From an uncultured Gammaproteobacteria bacterium (GTDB lineage Bacteria; Cyanobacteriota; Vampirovibrionia; LMEP-6097), in NCBI GenBank assembly GCA_964512985.1, contig CAZELI010000010.1, positions 2,945 to 66,944 of the forward strand: a stretch of 64,000 nucleotides of DNA, in the 5' to 3' direction. Both the position numbers and the translations under genes were made by a program. The notes below the pieces were generated by a model. It worked only from the letters and a program-made list of their open reading frames with translations, had not been told where the DNA came from and made no database searches. This document shows, piece by piece, positions 57,715 through 64,000 of the stretch (the first letter of the stretch is position 1; the number at the start of each line of letters is the position of its first letter).

Positions 57715-57839
57715 AACCTGCCCGAAAGGCTCCCAGATACAAGGCATGCGAGTTCCGAGGACACGGAGTTGACTTAATGTCAATGAGTAGTCCGAGGAAT
57801 GAGCATAACGCAGTAGATGGGACTTTGCGGGCAGGTTCT
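57713..57839. ncRNA. Candidate structured RNA or solitary MITE closed by a ~20-bp stem
   Basis: AGAACCTGCCCGAAAGGCTCCCA...TGGGACTTTGCGGGCAGGTTCT. Internally it has a duplicated (T)CCGAGGA motif and a TTGAC-ttaat-GTCAA hairpin. It is followed by TGCTATAAT just before kdsA. Confidence 0.35.
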
Positions 57840-57859
57840 TGCTATAATCTTCGCTTAGA

Positions 57860-58711
57860 ATGGACTTTCGCTCTCAAATCATGTCCCCCAACAGCTTCCC
57901 TATATTACTAGGGCCTTGTGTTATTGAGTCAGAAGCTTTATTACATGAGATAGCAACTAAGCTAGAAAAAATTATCGGTAAATTAGAATCAGAGAAATTA
58001 ACTGACGGTGTAGTCTGGGTGTTTAAGGCTAGCTACGACAAGGCTAACCGCTCTTCTATTAAAGGTTATCGTGGACCGGGATTAGAATTAGGGCTTAAAC
58101 AATTAGCGAAGGTCAAACAAGACTTTGGGTTTAACTTAGTGTCAGATGTACACGAAGCTGCTCATTGCGCGCCGGCTGCTGAAGTCTTAGATATCTTACA
58201 GATCCCTGCTTTCTTATGTCGTCAAACAGATCTAATACAAGCTGCTGCTGAAACCGGCAAGGTTCTTAATATTAAGAAAGGTCAATTTCTCTCACCTCCA
58301 GAAATAAAAAACATCGTTGATAAATGTCGCGAAGCTGGCAACACTAATGTATTTATTTGTGAGCGCGGGAATAGCTTTGGTTATAACAATCTAGTCGTCG
58401 ATATGCGTATGTTCGAGCAAGCTCGTGAAATGGGCATCAGGACTATATTTGACGCTACTCACTCTTGTCAGCTTCCCGGAGCAGGCGGAGACAAATCTCT
58501 CGGTAATAGTCACTATGCACCAATACTTGCTCGTGCAGCTGTCGCTGCTGGTGCTACTGGAATCTTTGCTGAAACACACCCTCGTCCAGAAGAAGCTCTA
58601 TCAGATGGTCCTAATATGATTGCTATGGATAAGCTAGAGTCTGCGCTGAAGGAAATCTTAATCGTAAGACAGTGCCTGAGTGACCGAGTGGCTGAGTGTC
58701 CGACAATTTAA
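57860..58711 (+). CDS. kdsA: 2-dehydro-3-deoxyphosphooctonate aldolase
   Basis: GPCVIES, KASYDKANRSS and DATHS motifs. Confidence 0.9.
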   Translation: MDFRSQIMSPNSFPILLGPCVIESEALLHEIATKLEKIIGKLESEKLTDGVVWVFKASYDKANRSSIKGYRGPGLELGLKQLAKVKQDFGFNLVSDVHEAAHCAPAAEVLDILQIPAFLCRQTDLIQAAAETGKVLNIKKGQFLSPPEIKNIVDKCREAGNTNVFICERGNSFGYNNLVVDMRMFEQAREMGIRTIFDATHSCQLPGAGGDKSLGNSHYAPILARAAVAAGATGIFAETHPRPEEALSDGPNMIAMDKLESALKEILIVRQCLSDRVAECPTI

Positions 58712-58743
58712 TTTACTCAGTCACCCACAACCCAGCCACTCAG
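58675..58743. repeat. Family C repeat between convergent kdsA and ftsW
   Basis: GAGTGACCGAGTGGCTGAG...CTCAGTCACCCACAACCCAGCCACTCAG. The left arm encodes the kdsA C-terminus and the right end overlaps the ftsW stop. Confidence 0.55.
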
Positions 58744-59828
58744 ACCCTAGAGAATCTAGATATATTCAACAATATCCCAATAATAATAGAAGAGCTTAAG
58801 AAACTACTTCCTCCAAAGCTAATCAGAGGCAGGGTCATACCAGTAATAGGAAAAAGTCCTGTAGCTACTGCGATATTAATTACAATCTGAAACGCAAACA
58901 CCATCGTTAGCGAGAACCCTAAAATTCTACCAAATTCATCTTCGGCATTGATACTTATATACATCGCTCGATAGATCCAAGCAAAAAACAATGCAAGTAA
59001 ACCTAAGGCACCAAGGAAACCAATCTCCTCACAAATAATCGAAAAAATAAAATCCGCATAAGCTACGGGTAAAGGTCCGAGTTTTTGGACAGAAGCACCA
59101 ATGCCTGCACCCCAAAGTCCACCCGCACCAATCGCCCTAATAGACTGGATTAGATTATAACCATGTCCAAGCGGATCACAATAAGGATCAAGCCAATACT
59201 TAATCCTGTCCATTTGGTAGGGAGTACTCATTACATGCTTAACTCCGCCATATATCACACCAGCTAAGCCTAATATCAAGGCTATTAAATTAAAACCAGA
59301 AGCAAACAAAGCAGAAACTGCAGCTCCCATAATTAAAATACTTGTACCTAAGTCAGGTTGCTTTAATACCAAAACCGACATTATCGCCACCGCAATCACA
59401 GCCCAAATACGATTCTTCCCTTCTACAATCACCTTAGTAGCGATTAAAGCAGAAATGATCTTTGCAAACTCTGATGCTTGTAAATTAATAGGACCCAATC
59501 CTAGCCAGCGACGTGAGCCACCAGTAACCACACCAAACTTAGCCGTTAACAGTAACAAGACAATCACAGCAAAGACCCAAAGCCAAGCTGAACGCTTTAA
59601 CCATCTAAAATGTAGAAAGCTAAAAAAGAACATCAATGATGAACCAAGAATCACAGCTACAGTATGTTTAATAATAAAATTCCACGGCGTACCATAATAT
59701 CTCACTGACTCATGCCAACTTGCACTGATAACAAAAGTAAAACCAACAACAATCAAAGCCAAAGTTAACTGTAAAAAGAATAAATCTACAGACTTGAGCT
59801 TTGAATTAACTTGTGGGAACGGACTCAC
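58740..59828 (-). CDS. ftsW: SEDS-family peptidoglycan polymerase FtsW
   Basis: About 10 TM segments and the QPDLGT motif, directly downstream of murD. Confidence 0.85.
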   Translation of the reverse strand: MSPFPQVNSKLKSVDLFFLQLTLALIVVGFTFVISASWHESVRYYGTPWNFIIKHTVAVILGSSLMFFFSFLHFRWLKRSAWLWVFAVIVLLLLTAKFGVVTGGSRRWLGLGPINLQASEFAKIISALIATKVIVEGKNRIWAVIAVAIMSVLVLKQPDLGTSILIMGAAVSALFASGFNLIALILGLAGVIYGGVKHVMSTPYQMDRIKYWLDPYCDPLGHGYNLIQSIRAIGAGGLWGAGIGASVQKLGPLPVAYADFIFSIICEEIGFLGALGLLALFFAWIYRAMYISINAEDEFGRILGFSLTMVFAFQIVINIAVATGLFPITGMTLPLISFGGSSFLSSSIIIGILLNISRFSRV

Positions 59829-61176
59829 TAGCTTTAGTATAAACTAATTTTATAAACTGATTACCTCTGTCCTCATAGCCAGTAAACATATCAAAGCTTG
59901 AACTAGCAGGCGCAAGTACCACTGGTATATTCGGAATATTTTTAGCATATTCACAAGCTAAATCTACTGCTTCATTCAAGCTGGCAGCTTCTTTGACCAT
60001 AGCAAAATCTTTAGCTTTTAAAGCGTCACTAATAGAAGATTTGAGTTCACCTATGGCTACTACTCCTTGACATTTTTCAATTAATTTATCTATAAAACTA
60101 TTCATATCTAGGTTTTTATTTTTGCCGCCTACTATAGCAATAGACTTATCAAAAGCCTCTAAAGCTTTAATAGCAGAATCTGGATTAGTAGCTTTACTAT
60201 CGTTATAGAACTTATGTCCATCTATAGTCGCCACATACTCTAATCTATGAGGCACTGGTTTAAAAGTTTTAAGTTTCTCTATGATTTGTTTATTGCTTAC
60301 ACCTACAGAGCTCGATGTTAGAACCGCCGCTAGAATATTAGAATAGTTATGCTTACCTACTAGATTTAATTCAGTGACATTAATAAGCTTCTCACCATTT
60401 AAATAAAGTATTTCATCCTTATAATAAGCTCCTGGATTGGTTTCTAGCTCAGTAGAAAAGAACCTTACATTAGATTTATCCACTGCAAGTTCTCGTACTA
60501 TTGGATCATCATAGTTCATCACAAGAGTTTTACCAGATACATCTTTAAAGATTTTAGCCTTCGCATTTCTATATTCTTCTAAGCTTGAATGCCAATCAAG
60601 ATGATCATCGGTCAAGTTTAAATACACTGACAGATCTGGAAGATATTTATCATCATCTAAAATATTTGAATAAAATAATTGAAAAGAACTTAATTCAAGT
60701 ACAAGAACATCTTGGTTAGGGACTTCCGGAAACTCTAAAAACGGCTTACCAATATTACCAAGTCCTTCAGTTTCTAGAATATGCGCCACTAAAGCAGTAG
60801 TAGTAGTCTTACCATTGGTACCAGTAATAGCAATCTTGCGAGCAGAAGAGACCATTAACAGAAGATCTAAGTCCGTACCAAAACTTGCACCAGAGATACG
60901 CACCATATCCATCACTGGTGCCTTAGGTGGAATACCAGGGCTAACCATTATAAACAGCTCACTAGCGCCATTCCAAGTGATGAAGCTCTTACTCTGCTGA
61001 CCCAGCTCAAACTCTACTCCCCGAGCTTCTAACGCAGTAATCTCAGCTTCTTGTAATTTATCTCTGCTCTTAAGCTCAGAGACTCTAATGCAGGTTGCTG
61101 GATAATTAGCTAAGAAAAATTCTATAGTGCTAATCGCACTTTTACCAAAGCCAAGGATTGTAAGATACTTGAACAC
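59806..61176 (-). CDS. murD: UDP-N-acetylmuramoylalanine-D-glutamate ligase
   Basis: GTNGKTTTTAL P-loop and the Mur ligase layout. Confidence 0.9.
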   Translation of the reverse strand: MFKYLTILGFGKSAISTIEFFLANYPATCIRVSELKSRDKLQEAEITALEARGVEFELGQQSKSFITWNGASELFIMVSPGIPPKAPVMDMVRISGASFGTDLDLLLMVSSARKIAITGTNGKTTTTALVAHILETEGLGNIGKPFLEFPEVPNQDVLVLELSSFQLFYSNILDDDKYLPDLSVYLNLTDDHLDWHSSLEEYRNAKAKIFKDVSGKTLVMNYDDPIVRELAVDKSNVRFFSTELETNPGAYYKDEILYLNGEKLINVTELNLVGKHNYSNILAAVLTSSSVGVSNKQIIEKLKTFKPVPHRLEYVATIDGHKFYNDSKATNPDSAIKALEAFDKSIAIVGGKNKNLDMNSFIDKLIEKCQGVVAIGELKSSISDALKAKDFAMVKEAASLNEAVDLACEYAKNIPNIPVVLAPASSSFDMFTGYEDRGNQFIKLVYTKASESVPTS

Positions 61177-61207
61177 GATTTTATTATAACGTATACTTTT
61201 GCTGTCC

Positions 61208-63607
61208 CTACCAATAATAAAAAAGCCCTAGATGATTACCTAAGTAATTCCAAGTCACTCTATCAAAGATTTCTAATAATAAAGGAATGCCTCTACCACC
61301 CTCATTATCAAATATTACTTCATCAATATTAGCCTGGTTATAAACTTGCCAATTAAATCCTGGACCAGGGTCAATTAGGGTCATCTTAAATGATCCAGGA
61401 CCCACTCTATAGCCAACTCGGACACTACCATATGGATTTTTCTTTAAACCATAGCGTACTGCATTCGCAATCGCTTCAGTAATACCTAAGCGTAGATTAA
61501 TTGCTCGTTCCTTGGGCATACCGGCTTCTAAACATTCTGTAGCAATCTGCTCTAGAAGTTCCACAACCTTATTAGAGTCAGTAGCAGAGAAATCATAAAT
61601 ATTAAAGCTTACTTGCTGTAAGCTAATCATTAAGCGGTCATCAGTGAGAGGTGTTGCACCACTTAAAGCATTAAGTGTTTCATTCAATTCAAAAGTTATT
61701 TCTTTTACATCTTGATCTTTAACCCTATCCAGAACCTTATAAACCCAATCCTTCGGAACAAACTCACCATCAGGCATACGTTGATCCATTACCCCATCAG
61801 TAAATAGCACCATCTTATCCCCAGCCTTAAAATCAATAACCTTAGCTTCGTAAGCTTCTTCTATCTCACGAGGATTAATTAATCCTAATGGCACTCCACT
61901 ATCTTCGTTTTGATTAAGCTGTCTTACTGTTCCTGCTTGAATCACAAAAGGATTCAAATGACCTGCATTAGTATAGGTCAAAGATTCATTATAAAGATCA
62001 AAAACTCCATACCAAGCAGTCGCATAGAAATCCGAACTTGCGTTTTGTTCTAGAATAGATTGACAAAGAAAACTTATCATCTTCTCTGGGAACCAAGCTA
62101 GAGCAGAGTTTCGCACAGCTGAGTTAAACTCCCCAAGTAAATATCCCGTAAGTAAAGCAGCAGCAGGACCCTTACCAGATACATCACCAATCAAGACTCC
62201 GATTCTATCAGGAGCCAATTCTGCTACCCAATAGAAATCTCCCGAAACGTTACTATGAGCTTTATAGAATACTGATGTCTCAAGATTAACATTCACTACA
62301 TCGCCACCAATAAGTGAGGTCTGTACTCTAGCTGCTTGTTTTAATTCACGAGATAGTTTTTCTTGATAAGAATTAAGCTTCTCATACATACGTGACTGCG
62401 TCATAGCCACTATCACTTGTGAACCTGCAGACTCTACAAAGCTCACCTCATCAGGAGTCCAAATACGACGAGTAAAACTATGAAACACAATCCAACCCTG
62501 CATTATCCCCTGGAAATGCAATGGACAAGCTAAAGCTGAGACTGCGCCACTCAGTTCAAGTTCAGCTGCTTCTTCATCACTTAACTTAGTTAAATGCTCT
62601 TCTGTTAATAAATTATCAACTACTATTGGCTTGAAACTACCACCCTCAAGAAATTTATCTAATATTAAATACTTAGTAGTATTAGCAATACTATGAACCC
62701 CTTCCTCACAATACTCATCACTAATATATCCATCAAAATACAAAAAACACCTAGAAGCTTTCAGCGCCAAACCTAGTTCATTAACGGTTCTAGCGAGAAT
62801 TTCACTAAGATTCAAACTTGATCTAATCTGAGTTGTTAGATTGTTCAGTAATTCAGCATATTCAGTACGTTTACGTGCTTCCTGATAAAGCAATGCTTTC
62901 TCTATAGCACTAGATAAAGGAATCACAATAGACTGCAATAAATCTACTTCGCGATTATTCCATTCTCTATCTTTAGCACATTGCTGCACATATAGCACCC
63001 CCAGAACCTTGTCAGCCAAAGCATATAAAGGAAATGCCATAAACGATTTAGCAGAATCCAAAAACATATCGCTGTTTTTATCATCAAGCTTATTCTCAAT
63101 TACAGCAGATTTAATCCTAAGCACTTTACGTATACAGGAGTTTTTCTTTACAGTCTGAAGCTTGAGCTGTTTGTCACTTTCTATTAGACGCTCATCCCCC
63201 ACGATAGTACGAGAATAAGCTTCAGTAGCATATTCTTCTATCTCCAATAAATTATGTGAATCAAATAAAACAATCCCACAACGATCCACTTCCAAGTGAG
63301 TGCCTATTTCTTCTACCGTAAGCGCCATAACAGAATTAAGATAGAAAGAACTATGAATCTTCTCAACCCATTTATTTATGAGCTTTTCTTTCTCAGCACG
63401 TGAGTTGGCTATCTGTCTTTCTTGAATTAAAGCTAAGGTTGTATTCTGCAAATGCCGAGCCAGGTCTTCTGTCTCAGCAATAGTTTTCTTCATCATCGAA
63501 GTTTTATCTTCGTTTAATTTACGCTCAGTATTTAGCTTCAGTTCAAGCTCTTGGACTTTTTCCTCTAGATCATTCTCCAGATCTTGCTTGTTTGTATAAT
63601 CGCTCAT
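61208..63607 (-). CDS. GAF-GAF-PP2C(SpoIIE) phosphatase fused to an RsbW-like HATPase domain
   Basis: PP2C motifs (SGDFYWV, IGDVSGKGPAAALL, NAGHLNP, LFTDGV). C-terminal HATPase_c-like motifs (EAIANAVRYG, IDPGPGF, GGRGIPLL). Confidence 0.85.
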   Translation of the reverse strand: MSDYTNKQDLENDLEEKVQELELKLNTERKLNEDKTSMMKKTIAETEDLARHLQNTTLALIQERQIANSRAEKEKLINKWVEKIHSSFYLNSVMALTVEEIGTHLEVDRCGIVLFDSHNLLEIEEYATEAYSRTIVGDERLIESDKQLKLQTVKKNSCIRKVLRIKSAVIENKLDDKNSDMFLDSAKSFMAFPLYALADKVLGVLYVQQCAKDREWNNREVDLLQSIVIPLSSAIEKALLYQEARKRTEYAELLNNLTTQIRSSLNLSEILARTVNELGLALKASRCFLYFDGYISDEYCEEGVHSIANTTKYLILDKFLEGGSFKPIVVDNLLTEEHLTKLSDEEAAELELSGAVSALACPLHFQGIMQGWIVFHSFTRRIWTPDEVSFVESAGSQVIVAMTQSRMYEKLNSYQEKLSRELKQAARVQTSLIGGDVVNVNLETSVFYKAHSNVSGDFYWVAELAPDRIGVLIGDVSGKGPAAALLTGYLLGEFNSAVRNSALAWFPEKMISFLCQSILEQNASSDFYATAWYGVFDLYNESLTYTNAGHLNPFVIQAGTVRQLNQNEDSGVPLGLINPREIEEAYEAKVIDFKAGDKMVLFTDGVMDQRMPDGEFVPKDWVYKVLDRVKDQDVKEITFELNETLNALSGATPLTDDRLMISLQQVSFNIYDFSATDSNKVVELLEQIATECLEAGMPKERAINLRLGITEAIANAVRYGLKKNPYGSVRVGYRVGPGSFKMTLIDPGPGFNWQVYNQANIDEVIFDNEGGRGIPLLLEIFDRVTWNYLGNHLGLFYYW

Positions 63608-63614
63608 TGCTATA

Positions 63615-63932
63615 TCAGCTTGTTTTAGATATGATTCTTGTTAGCTGATGTAATCTTGCTATGCGCAATAAAGCCTGCACATCATCTATAACATTGTATA
63701 ATTCAAGTTCTGCACCAATCATCTTACATTCTTTCCAAAGTCTCACAAAAGAACCCATGCCAGCACTATCCAAAAAATGTAAATCAGCACAATCTACTTT
63801 CACTTTGGACTGCTCCTTCAAATGGGGTAGTACAGTTTCCTTAAAATGTTCTGCATCACTGTATAGTAATTGTCCGCTTATTTCTAACTCTAGTAAATGT
63901 TCATTGTCGTGCTTGATGCTTAATTTCAACAT
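63615..63932 (-). CDS. STAS-domain anti-sigma-factor antagonist
   Basis: DCADLHFLDSAGMGSFVRL, with the phosphorylatable Ser in the DSAG context. I prefer the start at MLKLSIK (63932) over the ORF-track start at 63998. Confidence 0.8.
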   Translation of the reverse strand: MLKLSIKHDNEHLLELEISGQLLYSDAEHFKETVLPHLKEQSKVKVDCADLHFLDSAGMGSFVRLWKECKMIGAELELYNVIDDVQALLRIARLHQLTRIISKTS

Positions 63933-64000
63933 AAAAAAATAATCCTCAGCTAGTTGCCCTATGCTATATAATCGATATACCCACAATATAATTATCAAAA

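Noticed and set aside
57713-57839. Identification as SRP RNA, 6S RNA, tRNA-like or a known riboswitch
   Set aside because: I could not find the conserved cores I know for these classes, such as the SRP GGAA tetraloop with flanking AGCA/CAGG, or riboswitch signature boxes. It is kept only as an unclassified candidate.

Overview
This is an AT-rich chromosomal segment from a diderm, flagellated bacterium. The LPS and outer-membrane genes are kdsA, a GT9 heptosyltransferase-like gene, LptC/LptA(OstA)-like genes, rlpA and a beta-barrel OMP. The flagellar genes are flgG, flgE, fliP and fliQ. A long NusB with a cyanobacterial-type N-terminus hints at a Cyanobacteriota/Melainabacteria-like lineage, but this is a low-confidence inference.

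Most of the window is housekeeping: feoAB, trpB, pepP, a Cys/Met PLP enzyme, bioD, tmk, rplI, panC, purA, comM, prmC, coaX, ilvE, glcD, kdsA, ftsW and murD. It also holds a MoxR-DUF58-DUF4381-BatA-BatB operon and a GAF-PP2C-HATPase/STAS partner-switching pair.

I found no rRNA, tRNA, CRISPR array, transposase, integrase or prophage, and no clear-cut new multi-gene system. Accessory content is limited to small TA-like pairs (MNT/HEPN, toxin-like/DUF2283, a decayed Phd-like antitoxin), three solitary AAA+ ATPases and a large orphan HAD-like/membrane protein.

The most unusual content is non-coding:
- Family A: an abundant GC-rich nested-palindrome repeat, 8 copies in 38 kb, whose small arm hairpins stay paired through compensatory changes.
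- Family B: a ~110-nt structured element found twice as a promoter-proximal leader abutting the start codons of fur and prmC.
- Families C and D: two further short repeat families. A pair of D copies brackets an outer-membrane-protein cassette.
- A set of Fur-box-like palindromes at feoAB, fur and a ferredoxin locus. Two of them bracket a GC-rich structured island that is a candidate Fur-controlled sRNA.
- An isolated 127-nt element upstream of kdsA closed by a ~20-bp stem.

All functional readings of these elements are inference from sequence only.
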